A program made the translations under genes and the position numbers. The notes below the pieces were generated by a model, which saw only the letters and a program-made list of their open reading frames with translations, was not told the origin of the DNA and ran no database searches. Shown here piece after piece: positions 37,000-49,194 of a DNA stretch of 64,000 nucleotides (position 1 is the first letter of the stretch; each line of letters opens with the position of its first letter). Source of the DNA: Phyllobates terribilis (lineage: Eukaryota); assembly GCF_046119375.1 (NCBI RefSeq), contig NW_027362773.1, positions 236,220,001 to 236,284,000 on the forward strand, given 5' to 3'.

Positions 37000-39979
37000 A
37001 ATAAGATGGAGAGGGGGCTCCAATAGCTCTGTCACCCAGACAAGTAGTGGTAAAAAGGAAAAAGGATGCTCACCTTGGTGAGTTGTGTAATGCACAACTC
37101 ATATGATGGTATAATGGAGTGCTGCAGGAGACACCAAACCTCAAGGGTCCGAGTACCATAAGTTGTGGATGCAAGAAAGTGCCAAAGATTCCGCGCTCCT
37201 CCGGGTCAAAAGAAGGGATGCAATACCCAGTGCTTGGTTAGGAGTCCATTTATTTAAAAGTTAAAATCAGATGCATTTCGTGGACATCCTGTCCACTTCA
37301 TCAGTGCATAGCTTGTGTCAAGTATAGCAAGGAGTGCACTTATACAGTATATACAAAAAATGTGAAAAAAACAGGCGCCAAAACTAGGTGGTCGTCAAGG
37401 CAGAAAAGTGCAATCAATAAAAACGCATAAATTTGAGTATCCATCAATGTATATATGCATCAGGAATAAAATATTAGTAGCATGATTAAAAATTAATTAA
37501 TAGTTCAATGCGAAAAAACATAAATAAATAAATTAAAAATATATATATATAATTGCTGAAGCGGGAATTGAACCTGTTGTTTTGCGCTCAACTGGATCAT
37601 GTTCAGATGCTAATCATGGTACAACCCTCTAAGCCACGGGTGCTCATGTATATTGAGATTGATCTTGCTCTGATAGGAAGTAATAAACGTATATTAAAAG
37701 ATATATCTAACTTATATGTACATACTAAACAAAATAATAATGTATGTCAAGATCCAAAAGACAGTGCCTAAGAAGAGAATGTGTCTTATGGAAGATACGT
37801 ATTAAGAAGTGTACCAGTTACCCTTGTCTGTATTATACAGCCCAAATGCATGAAATGTGTACTCACATACAATCAATTGTTCCCCGAATTTTTTTTCATT
37901 TTTTTAATTCTTCTTATAATCGAATATGTGATCGTATCTGCAACCAGAATTATTTGCAGAACATGAATGATTTCTTTAGGAGTGTGTCCGCATTACCGGT
38001 GTAGTACTAGAGAATAGTCGTGCACATTAATGTCCAGGAGGTGGTTTGATGAGCACTGAAAGTATCCTAAGGAAAGGTGCAGACTACTGGGAACATAATG
38101 CAATGATCATAAGAAGAAAGGAAACTTAACTCAGTCAAAACCTGGATCGGGACAGTGGATCAAGAACAAGCCTAGACATATGTTCCTGACCATGTAGACG
38201 TAAATTATATTTGCAGTGCTTTCAAATAAAAACCTCTGATATTTCATTGAGACCCCAAGGTTTGAAACTATTTAGTTGATATATCCAGTATATCTCTTTC
38301 CTATTGAGACACTGAATTCGATTGGGAGTGGTGCATGGAATGTGCTCTATGAGCATGATTTTAAGACACCCAAAGTCTTTATTGCGATGGATTGCCATAT
38401 GACGGGATAAACCATGTTTTAAAAAACCTGTAGCAACATTGTGCCTATGAGAATTTAGTCTTTTATGAAAGGGTTGCATAGTTCTACAGACATATTGCTT
38501 GGGACACGTGAATTCAATCAGATATATGATGAAATCTGTGTCACAGGACATATTACTATTTATTTTGAACTATTCATTGCTTGATGTGGATGCAAAAGTG
38601 TTGGCTCCATGAGTAATATTCATGCAACACATTCAATTCTTTTGGCAACATTTGGTGATGGTTTTATTCTTATTATTGATCTTGCTACAATCTAGAGTAG
38701 AAAGGGTGCGTATCCTACTGGGGGCTAAAATGTTCCTTAGCGTGGGGGCTCTCCTATACACAATGGAGGGTTTTTCTTGGATAATCTTCTTGAGTATCGG
38801 ATCATTTAACAGAATATGCCAATTCTTCTGCAGAATATCTCTAAATGATTTATGCTGAAAATTTTATGTAGTAATGAATTTTACCCTGTGCTCATAGGAC
38901 ATTTTACCTGAATTAGATTTTAAATGAAGTGATTTCTGGCTACAGGTATTCCTTACCCTTTCAAATGATTTACCAACAAGATTTTTGGGATAACCCTGTT
39001 GTAGAAATTTCAGTTTCAGCATACCTGATTGCTCTGAAATATCATTTTCAGAAGTACAATTCCTTCTGATCCTCTGAAATTGATTAAAATTAATATTACG
39101 TAGCCATTTTTTGGTAGTAGCCACTGCTGTAGTGGATGTAACTATTCACATCCACTTGTTTAAAATAAGTCTTGGTGCAAATCCTATTGTTCTCTATAAA
39201 TAAAGTCAGATCCAGAAAATTAATGCTGGTGTTATTTGTATTGGAATTGAAGGAAATACCCCATAAGTTGTTATTTAGGAAACTGGCAACGGCTGACGGT
39301 TCTGGAATGTCCTTATTAAGAATGAAAATTAAGTCGTCAATGTGTCTTTTGTAAAATATAATGCCTTCCCAAAATGGACCCCCATAGATGAACACTAGTT
39401 CAAATATGTCCATGAAAATATTAGCAACCGTAGGTGCGACCTTTGACCCCATCGCGGTCCCTTTGATCTGATGGTAAGTGTGTTGGAGAAAAGTGAAATA
39501 ATTGTTATTAAGGATGAAAGATAACCCGGATAGAATAAAGGATTTGTGGAGGAAGACAGGCCAGTGCCTTTGGAGATCATATGTTCAACACATAATAAAC
39601 CAATTTCCCAATCAATATTGGTGTAAAGGGATGTGACATCAAGGCTTAAAAATACAAATGATTCTTCCCATTGGATGTCAGTAACGTTGATGAGGTGGCT
39701 GTAATCGCGAAGGTAACTCCTCAATCTTTTAACATGGGGCTGAAGGAGGACATCAATATACTCTGCTAGATTACTAGTGAGGGAGCCTATACCCGATATA
39801 ATAGGCCCCCCGGGGGATTGATAGGGTCTTTGTGTATTTTAGTAAGATGGTAGTAAAGGGCATGCTTGGATTCTGTATCGTGAGAAATTTTCTCTCATTC
39901 TCATTAAATAGTCCCTGTTCATTCCCCTTTTTTATCAGTTTTTTATATTCTAAGTTGGTACTTTCTAAAGCATAATGAT
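37000..39979 (-). mobile_element. Penelope-like retroelement (probably Neptune clade), decayed and cut on its 5' side by hAT insertions
   Basis: RT motifs LDVTSLYTNI, MGSKVAP.VANIFM, YKRHIDD, FLDL (39096-39960). Cys-rich linker ~38600-38650. GIY-YIG endonuclease IIYLIEFTCPKQYVCRT...R...H...E..WIYQL...P.GLNE (38222-38551). Multiple frameshifts; the left boundary is approximate. Confidence 0.9.
37266..37308 (-). ncRNA. Minimal type-I hammerhead ribozyme-like motif in the Penelope terminal repeat, probably decayed
   Basis: CUGAUGA-A-guggac(aggau)guccac-GAAA-UGCAUC: perfect 6-bp stem II and palindromic AUGCAU helix III, but only 2 bp of stem I. Confidence 0.6.
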
Positions 39980-40279
39980 TAGTGTTGAGCGAGTATGTTC
40001 TGCTAACCCTTTCGCCGAGTACGCTCTGGCTGAGCACCGAGTATTTATAGCTGCTCGGTGATATGCTTGAATCGCTCCCGTGTGCATGTTTTGCAACTGT
40101 TTGACAGTTTTATTACATGTGAGAAATGTATATTTCTTACACATTCCTCACATGTAATAAAGCTGCCAAACAGTTGCAAATCATGCACATGGGAGGGATT
40201 CAAGCATATCACCGAGCAGCTATAAATACTCGGAGATCGGCCGGAGCGTACTCGGAGAGAACATACTCGCTCAACACTA
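39980..40279. mobile_element. 300-bp hAT MITE, almost entirely palindromic
   Basis: 22-bp perfect TIR TAGTGTTGAGCGAGTATGTTCT and 8-bp TSD ATAATGAT (39972-39979, 40280-40287). Confidence 0.95.
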
Positions 40280-41386
40280 ATAATGATTAGTGTTGAGCGA
40301 GCACTAAAATGCTCGGGTGCTCGAAGCTCGGGCCGAGCTCACCGTGATACTCGGGTGCTCGACCCAAGCAACGAGCTCAATGTTAGTCTATGGGAGACCC
40401 GAGCATTTTTGCGGCGGCACCCCCGGCAGTCTGTAGAAAGCCTAAAAAGTGCCCAAAACGATAGTGACAATGTTCAAATGACATGTGGACAGCATGGAGA
40501 TTGCCCCAGGAAGCATTTCTGACCCCCAGGTCACTGCTGTCAACAACGTGGTCAGAGGTATTAAACCATTTTTACGGGCTCACAATAAAACGTTCAAAAA
40601 CTAAACTGAAGTGGTTTTCCTGTGAAATATGTTAAGGAACTTACTTTCCAGGGTAAAGAATTGTGTATAAGATAAAATAAATAACCAAAACAAAAATGCT
40701 CCTCCACACCTTGGGCTATGTTCTCAAGTAGCATTTTTTATGCGTTTTTGCACTTTTGTATTGCTTTCAACCGTGACAAATGCATTCACCGGGAAATGTC
40801 ATTTTAACATTTTACAATCTTATCTGCCCATGTGCTGTGTGACACATGCATACAGTGCTGAAAATACATGGGAACAGCATGGGGAAGACCCCTGGAAGCA
40901 TCTCTGACACCCAAGTCACTGCCTAAAAGCGTGCCCATCTGAAGTGATCCTTGCCGCATCAGAAGATGCCGACTTGCAACTATCCCCATGCAAATCCTTG
41001 TCCCAGGGCAGTGTTCAATTGTACCTCCCCATTCCTTGCAATGCAAGTGCAAGTATGCAGCCTGCCACCCACCCACCCCCAGGCTGCAATACCATACTTC
41101 TAGCTTGCACTTGAAATGGGGCCTTTTAGTTTGGAGAAGGCCGAAGTTGGCCACTACCTCATGGCTGCTTCGGCAGCGAGGTATCCATACTCAGTCCCCA
41201 GCCGCCCGGTGGCCGGGTGTCCACGCTCGGTCCCCAGCCGCCCCTATTTCTCCTGTGACCTTCCCCCACACTTTTCTTAGCCTGGCCTGCTTTAGGGCAG
41301 CATTGGACGAGCCCACCAGAGAACCAGACTCCTCCGGTGGGCCCTGGCTTCTACATCAGGGGACTTGAGAGTGCCAAGGTGAGGAG

Positions 41387-44300
41387 TAGAGATGAGCGGT
41401 GTTCGACTAGAAGTGTTCGCCAATCTCAAATTCGAGCTGTTTTGGGCAGTGTTCGAGTTGTTCGACAAACCCGAACGATTTGCAAAAAATTTGGCTGTTC
41501 GAGGTTATGTTCGATAACTGTTCGTGCACCAAAAGCGTGTCCTGCATGTCTGGCGCTATTTTGAGCACCAATCATGCAGGGATTGCCTGCCACTCACTGT
41601 AATGCCACAGCCATGGTGGTTGTGGCATTACAGTGATTGCCCAAATCAATGGGAACAGTGCCAACAGTGAAACATGAAAAGCGGCAATTCAGCAGCGGCT
41701 TAGACCGGTACCCGACAATTTAGAACAGAAAGAATAGAGCATCACACATAGATTAGATAGATAGAAACAAGTCAGCCACATATATACGAAGTACAGTGAC
41801 AGTGTTGCTTACTGTACTTGTCATTTAGTGTAAAGGATTTATAAAAAAAAATAATAGTGTTTTCATGCACCGTCTCTTTAAAAAAGCTGGCCGGCAATTC
41901 AGCAGCGGTACCCGACAATTTAGAATAGAAAGAATAGAGAATCACACATAGATTAGATAGATAGAAACATGTCAGTCACATATATATGAAGTACAGTGAC
42001 AGTGTTGCTTACTGTACTTGTCATTTAGTGTAAAGGATCTATTAAAAAAAATAATAGTGTTTTCATGCACTGTCTCTTTAAAAAAGCCGGCCGGCAATTC
42101 AGCAGCAGTACCCGACAATTTAGAATAGAAGGAATAGAGAATCACACATAGATTAGATAGATAGAAACATGTCAGTCACATATATATGAAGTACAGTGAC
42201 AGTGTTGCTTACTGTACTTGTCATTTAGTGTTAAAATAAAGGATTTATTTAAAAAAAAAATTGGCGTGGGGGTCCCCATAATTTTAGGCTCTAGTGGAGG
42301 TTAAGCAGACAGCTGGGGCCTATGTTTGAAGCCTGGAAGGGGGGTAATACCCATGGAGCTTCACAGGCAACTAATATCAGCCCCCAGCTGAATACCTAGC
42401 CTTTACTAGCTATTAAAATGGGGGACCCCCCCAAAAAAAATGACGTGGGGTCCCCCCTATTTTAATAGCTAGCAAAGGCTAGGCAGACAGCTGGGGGCTG
42501 ATATTAATAGCCCAGGAAGGGTGCCATGAATATTGGCCCCCTCCCAGGCTAGAAACACCAGCCGTCAGCCGCCCCAGAACTGGCGCATCCATAGGATGCG
42601 CTAATTCTGGCACTTAGCCTCGCTCTTCCCACTGCCCTGTAGCGGTGGCAGTGGGGTAATAGGGCTGGGGTTGATGTCAGCTTATAATGCCAGCTGACAT
42701 CAAGCCCAGGTTAGTAATGGAGAGGCATCTAAAAGACACCCCCATTACTAATCCCATAGTCAAAGTTAAAAGAAAACACAAACATCCAGAATAAACTCCT
42801 TTAATTGAAATAAAGACACATTCCTTTATTGTTCTAAATTAAACCATACTTACCACCACGCCCATTCCAGCTGAAGCCAACGATCTCCTGCAATAAAAGT
42901 AAAATAATAAAGCAACATCATCCTTACCTTTCCATGGTTCCCACGACAGCTTCAGCTCTGCTACATCGAGATGACAGGCTGGACCGCAGCAGAACGCTGC
43001 CATCCAGCTTGCCATGCCGCAGACACTGAGAAGCGCAGGCATGCTTGCGCTCCTCAGTGTCTCGCTGTGACGGCATAAAGATGAGACGAGTTCATGTCCA
43101 ATGAACTCAGCTCACCTCATGCACGTCACTGACAGTTTGGGAGAATTCTCACGCTGAAGCGCTGAGTGCAGGAGAATTTTCCCACGCTGTCAGTGACGTG
43201 CATGAGGCTGATATTTAAATTTGGTGCCCAAATCGGTGATTGGTCGCGGGCAGCGTCCGCGACCAATCAGCACAGTAGTGTTTAACTTTGGCGGCAAGAT
43301 CAGTGATTGGTCACGGTCAAGCCTGTCATCTCGATGTCCAGCCTGTCATCTCGATGTAGCAGAGCTGAAGCTGTCCTGGGAACCATGGAAAGGTAAGGAT
43401 GATGTTGGTTTATTATTTTACTTTTATTGCAGGAGATCGTTGGCTTCAGCTGGAATGGGCGTGACGGTAAGTATAGTTTAATTTAGAACAATAAAGAATT
43501 GTGTGTTTATTTCAATTAAAGGACTTTATTCTGGGTGTTTGTGTTTTCTTTTAACTTTGACTATGGGGTTAGTAATGGGGGTGTCTTATAGACGCCTCTC
43601 CATTACTAACCTGGGCTTGATGTCAGCTGGCATTATAAGCTGACATCAACCCCAACCCTATTACCCCACTGCCACCGCTACAGGGCAGTGGGAAGAGCGA
43701 GGCTAAGTGCCAGATTTGGCGCATCCTACGGATGCGCCATTTCTGGGACAGCTGACGGCTAGTGTTTCTAGCCTGGGAGGGGGCCAATATTCATGGCACC
43801 CTTCCTGGGCTATTAATATCAGCCCCCAGCTGTCTGCTTAGCCTTTGCTAGCTATTTAAATAGGGGGGACCCCACGTCATTTTTTTGGGGGGGTCCCCCA
43901 TTTTAATAGCTAGTAAAGGCTAGGTATTCAGCTGGGGGCTGATATTAGTAGCCTGGGAAGCTCCGTGGGTATTACCCCCTTCCCAGGCTTCAAACATCTG
44001 CCCCAGCAGTCTGCTTAACCTCCGCTAGAGACTAAAATTACTGGGAACCCCACGCCAATTTTTTTTTTAATAAATCCTTTATTTTAACACTAAATGACAA
44101 GTACAGTGATCAACACTATCACTGTACTTCTTATATATGTGACTGACATGTTTCTATCTATCTAATCTATGTGTGATGCTCTATCTTTCTATTCTAAATT
44201 TTCGGGTACCGCTGCTGAATTGCCGGCCGGCTTTTTTAAATAGACGGTGCACGAAAACACTATTATTTTTTTTAATAAATCCTTTACACTAAATGACAAG

Positions 44301-44668
44301 TACAGTAAGCAACACTGTCACTGTGCTTCTTATATGTGTGACTGACATGTTTCTATCTATCTAATCTATGTGTGATGCTCTATTCCTTCTTGTCTAAATT
44401 GTCGGGTACCGGTGTATGCCGCTGCTGAATTGCCGGCTGGCTTTTTTAAAGAGAGCGTCTTCTGAGCAGTTTGTCAGCTTTTGGACACCTTTGAAGGTGT
44501 TTTCTATGTGTTTCTATGTGTTTTTGTTTGCCTGCCATTGGTTTTAACGGTGTTCGACGGTGTTCTAAGGTGTTCGACGAACAGTTCGACGAACAGTTCC
44601 TCGAACATCTCGGTGTTCGACGAACCGAACCGAACCCGAACACTACCTACGGGGGTGGCTCAACACTA
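41387..44668 (+). mobile_element. Complete non-autonomous family B derivative (3282 bp) with long internal inverted repeats
   Basis: TAGAGATGAGCGG at 41387 and GGCTCAACACTA ending at 44668; 8-bp TSD GTGAGGAG (41379-41386, 44669-44676). Arms ~41680-42975 and ~43330-44445 contain ~200-bp tandem units. Confidence 0.95.
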
Positions 44669-45799
44669 GTGAGGAGCATGATGATGATGATAGAAGTTAG
44701 CATCTGCTTTGTTTTCTTGGATTGCAAGCGTAAATCTGCAACCTGCCACCCACCCACCCCCAGGCTGCAATACGATACTGCTAGCTTGCTTGCACTTGAA
44801 ATTGGGCCTTTTAGGCATGTGGAGGCAGACGCCGGCCCCCATGTCATGGCTGCGTCGGCGGCCTGGTATCCATACTCAGTCCCCAGCCGCATGGCGGCAG
44901 GGTGTCCACGCTCGGTCCCCAGCCGCCAGGGGGCCGCCGGGTGTCCATACTCGGTCCCCAGCCGCCCCTATTTCTTCTGTCAACTTCCCCCACTCTTTTC
45001 TTAGCCAGGCCTGCTTTAGGGCAGCATTGGACGAGCCCACCAGTGAACCAGACTCCTCCAGTGGGCCCTGGCTTCTCCATCAGGGGAGTTGAGAGTGCCA
45101 AGGTGAGGAGCATGATGATGATGATAGAAGTTAGCATGTGCTTTGCTTTCTTGGAATGCAAGCGCATGTATGTAATAGCGGCTATGCCTGAAGTGGCCAG
45201 CGTTTTGGTCCATATCCTACCTCCTCCGAGGATTGCTGGATGTTTTCCTGCTACTATCCCAGTTCTATGACTCCCCTTAAAACAAAGCTTCAGGTGATGA
45301 ATGATGGATGAGTTGGTGGCAAAGGAGAAAGAGCCGGAGGAACAGAGACCATTCACATCAATATCACGACAGTCAACCACACATGTCTTGTAGGATATGT
45401 TTCTGTACCAAAAGTAGCGGTTCGGCTACACAGTTATAGGGCATACAGTGAGTGCAATGCCTACCAAAAATTTTGAGGCACTCCAATGCGACTTGGAAGT
45501 GGCATGGAGGTCAGAGGGCCTTAACTAAACCGTTTTTTTCCATTGATAGCAGCTGGGTCTCCTGTACACTGTTGGCCTAAGCAGTGAATGGAAGGCTTTC
45601 CAAAAATTATAAGGAACTGCAATGCCCCTTGAAACAGACGTGGATTACAGCATACTAAAAACCATCTACCCATTATTGGGGAGTGGATCTCCCTTAGTGT
45701 TCGCCTATGCAATGAAAAGCAAAAGTTGACTAAAATTAGGAGGAAATGCAATCCCCGTTGGAAGAGTCGTGAAGGTTAGAGTTAATTGAAAACAACATT

Positions 45800-48299
45800 T
45801 CAATGCCCCTTGGAAAAGTGGTGGAGGTCACAGTAGCTTAACAAGATGGTTTTAATGCCCCTTGGAAGAGACGTGGAGGTCGCAGTGGAATACAAATACA
45901 GTATCAATGCCCCTTGGAAAAGTGGTGGAGATCGCAGTAGCTTAACAAGACGGTTTTAATTCCCCTAGGAGAAGTGGTGGAGGTAGCAGTAGCTTAACAA
46001 GAATGTTTTAATGTCCCTTGGAAGAGACGTGGAGGTCGCAGTAACTTAACAAGACGGTTTTAATTCCCCTTGGAAAAGAGGTGGAGGTCGCAGTAGCTTA
46101 ACAAGAATATTTTAATGTCCCTTGGAAGAGACGTGGAGGTTGCAGTAGCTTAACAAGACGGTTTTACTGCCCCTTGGAAAAGTGGTGGAGGTCGCAGTAG
46201 CTTAACAAAATGGTTTTAATGCCCCTTGGAAGAGACGTGGAGGTCACAGTAGCTTAAGAAGATGGTTTTAATGCCGCTTGGAAAAGTGGTGGAGGTCGCC
46301 GTAGCTTAACAAGATGATTTTATTGCCCCTTGGAAGAGACGTGGAGGTCGCACTGGAATAAAAAGACAATATCAATGCCCCTAGGAAGAGTGGTGGAGGT
46401 CGCAGTAGCTTAACAAGACGGTTTTAATGCCCCTTGGAAGAATGGTGGCGGTCGCAGTGGAATAAAAAGACAATATCAATGCCTCTTGGAAAAGTGCTGG
46501 AGATCGCAGTAGCTTAACAGCACGGTTTTAATTCCCCTTGGAAAAGTGGTGGAGGTCGCAGTAGCTTAACAAGAATGTTTTAATGTCCCTTGGAAGAGAC
46601 GTGGAGGTCGCTGTAGCTTAACAAGATGGTTTTTATGCCGCTTGGAAAAGTGGTGGAGGTAGCAGTAGCTTAACAAGACGATTTTAATGCCCCTTGGAAG
46701 AAACGTGGAGGTCGCACTGGAATAATAAGACAATATCAATGCCCCGTGGAAAAGTGGTGGAGGTCACAGTAGCTTAACAAGACGGTTTTAATGTCCCTTG
46801 GAAGAGTTGTGAAGGTCGCAGTAGCTTAAAAAGATGGTTTTAATGCCCCTTGGGAGAGACGTGGAGGTAGCAGTAGCTTAACAGGACGGTTTTAATGCCC
46901 CATGGAAGAGACATGGAGGTCGCACTGGAATATAAAGACAATATTAATGCCCCATGGAAAAGTGGTGGAGGTCGCAGTAGCTTAACAAGACGGTTTTAAT
47001 GCCCTTTGAAAGAATGTTGGAGGTTGGTGTAGCTTAACATGACTGTTTTAATGCCCCTTGGAAGAGACATGGAGGTCGTAGAATCTTAACAAGACAGTTT
47101 TAATGCCCCATGGAAAAGTAGTGGAGGTCGCAGTGGAATAAAAAGACAATATCAATGCCGCTTGGAAAAGTGGTGGAGGTCGCAGTAGCTTAACAAGGCA
47201 GTTTTAATGCCCTTTGGAAGAGACACGGAGGACACAGTAGCTTAACAAGACGGTTTTAATGTCCCTTGGAAGAGACGTGGAGGTCACAGTTGCTTAGAAA
47301 GACGGTTTTAATGCCCCTTGGAAAAGACATGGAGGTCGCATTGGAATAAAAAGACAATATCAATGCCCCTTGGAAAAGTGGTGGAGGTCGCAGTAGCTTA
47401 ACAAGACGGTTTTAATGCCCCTTGGAAGAATTGTGGAGTTCGCAGTAGCTTAACAAGACTGTTTTAATACCCCTTGGAAGTGACGTGAAGGTCGCAGTAG
47501 CTTAACAAGACGGTTTTAATTCCCCTTGGAAAAGTGGTGGAGGTCGCAGTAGCTCAACAACACGGTTTAATGCCCCTTGGAAGAGACGTGGAGGTCACAG
47601 TAGCTTAACAAGACGGTTTTAATGCCACTTGGAAAAGTGGTGGAGGTCGCAGTAGCTTAACATGACGGTTTTAATGCCCCTTGGAAAAGTGGTGGAGGTC
47701 GCAGTAGCTTAACAAGATGGTTTTAATGCCCCTTGGAAGAGAAGTGGAGGTCGCAGTAGCTAAAAAAGATGGTTTTAATGCCCCTTGGAAAATTTGTGGT
47801 GGTCGCAGTAGATTAACTAGACAGTTTTAATGCCCCTTGGAAGAGACAAGGAGGTTGCAGTAGCTTAGCAAGAAGCTTTTAATGCCCCTTGGAAAAGTGG
47901 TGGAGGTCGCAGTAGCTTAACTAGACGGTTTTAATGCCCCTTGTAAGAGACGTGGAGGTCACAGTGAAAGAAAAAGACAATATCAATGCCGCTTGGAAAA
48001 GTGGTGGAGGTCGCAGTAGCTTAAAAAGACTGTTTTAATGCCCCTTGGAAGAGACTTGGAGGACGCAGTAACTTAATAAGACGGTTTTAATGTCCCTTGG
48101 AAGAGACGTGGAGGTCACAGTAGCTTAACAAGATGGTTTTAATGCTCCTTGGAAGAGACGTGGAGGTCTTTTTGGAATAAAAAGACAATATCAAGGCCCC
48201 TTGGAAAAGTGGTGCAGGTCGCAGTAGCTTAACAAGATGGTTTTAATGCCGCTTGGAAGAAATGTGGAGGTCGCAGTGGAAGAAAAAGACAATATTAAT
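45800..48299. repeat. 52-bp minisatellite array, ~48 copies, inside family A
   Basis: Unit CCCCTTGGAAAAGTGGTGGAGGTCGCAGTAGCTTAACAAGACGGTTTTAATG, with two alternative left halves and two alternative right halves. Confidence 0.97.
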
Positions 48300-49194
48300 T
48301 AGAGATGAGTGGTGTTCGAGTTGAACTGTTCGCCAATCTCAAATTCGAGTAGTTTTGGGCAGTGTTCGAGCCGTTCGGCGAACACGAACGATCTGAAAAA
48401 AATTCGGCTGTTCGAGGTTATGTTCGACAACTGTTCGTGCACCAAAATCATAACTGGATTTTTTCTCAGTAATGATGAAAATTAATGTTAATATGCAGTT
48501 GGAGTGTACAGCGGGGCGGGGGGAGGGGCAGGGGATGGATCTCTGCAGGAATAATGAAGATCTCCATTTTTTTTCTCTTTCCCGCATTTACAGTGGGGAG
48601 GTGCAATCTGTCAGCCTATCAACAGCGCACCCACGGAGAGAAGTGCTTTTTTTCACACAAGCAAGGGCATGTGTCATTGGCAGTGTATGTCACATGTCCT
48701 TGCCATATAAGACCCAGCCATTTTCCCCGTCGCCACCATTTTCTCACTGCTGCAGCTGCGTGTTAGACGGCACCGCTGTTGCTGTGTGCGCTATACCTTG
48801 TTAATTTCTAGCCAATTTTCGCACAAATCTACAGATAGCTTGGGAGTAGGGAATAGTTGTGATTGCAGTCCTTTTAAGGACTAGGTTACAGCATTTCCTA
48901 CGACTTTTATCAGGCAGGTCTGTGCTCTTAAATAGATAGGTTGGGAGTAAAGACTAATTGTAATTGCAGTCCTTTTCAGGACTAAGTTAGATCAGTTCCT
49001 ATCAGTTTTTGCCAGGCAGGTCTGTGCCAGTTTTTTTCACAGCATTTGGCTAAATCTAGCAAAGCTAATCCTTTTCGGCCTATTGCAGAGTGTGTTAGTC
49101 AGTGGAGTAGAGTATCTGTGTTGCAAGCTACACCACCTGTGTATAGAATACCAATTTTTTTACTGTACCTAGTGAAGTAAAACCTTTTGGGCAT

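Larger units (their letters stand above)
40288..48299 (-). mobile_element. hAT family A copy 3 (3' TIR at 40288), interrupted at 41387 and 48300; has a ~430-bp internal duplication
   Basis: TAGTGTTGAGCGAGCAC...; reverse complement of copies 1 and 2. The GAGCATGATGATGATGATAGAAG block occurs twice (~44675 and ~45105). Confidence 0.85.

Noticed and set aside
25700-37000. Host protein-coding gene in the central AT-rich interval
   Set aside because: Only short ORFs without motifs; the recognisable coding remnants are transposon-derived. Small exons of a large gene cannot be excluded without transcript data.
45800-48299. CRISPR-like appearance of the 52-bp array
   Set aside because: There are no unique spacers; each unit is a combination of a few recurring variants. 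No cas genes, and the context is eukaryotic.
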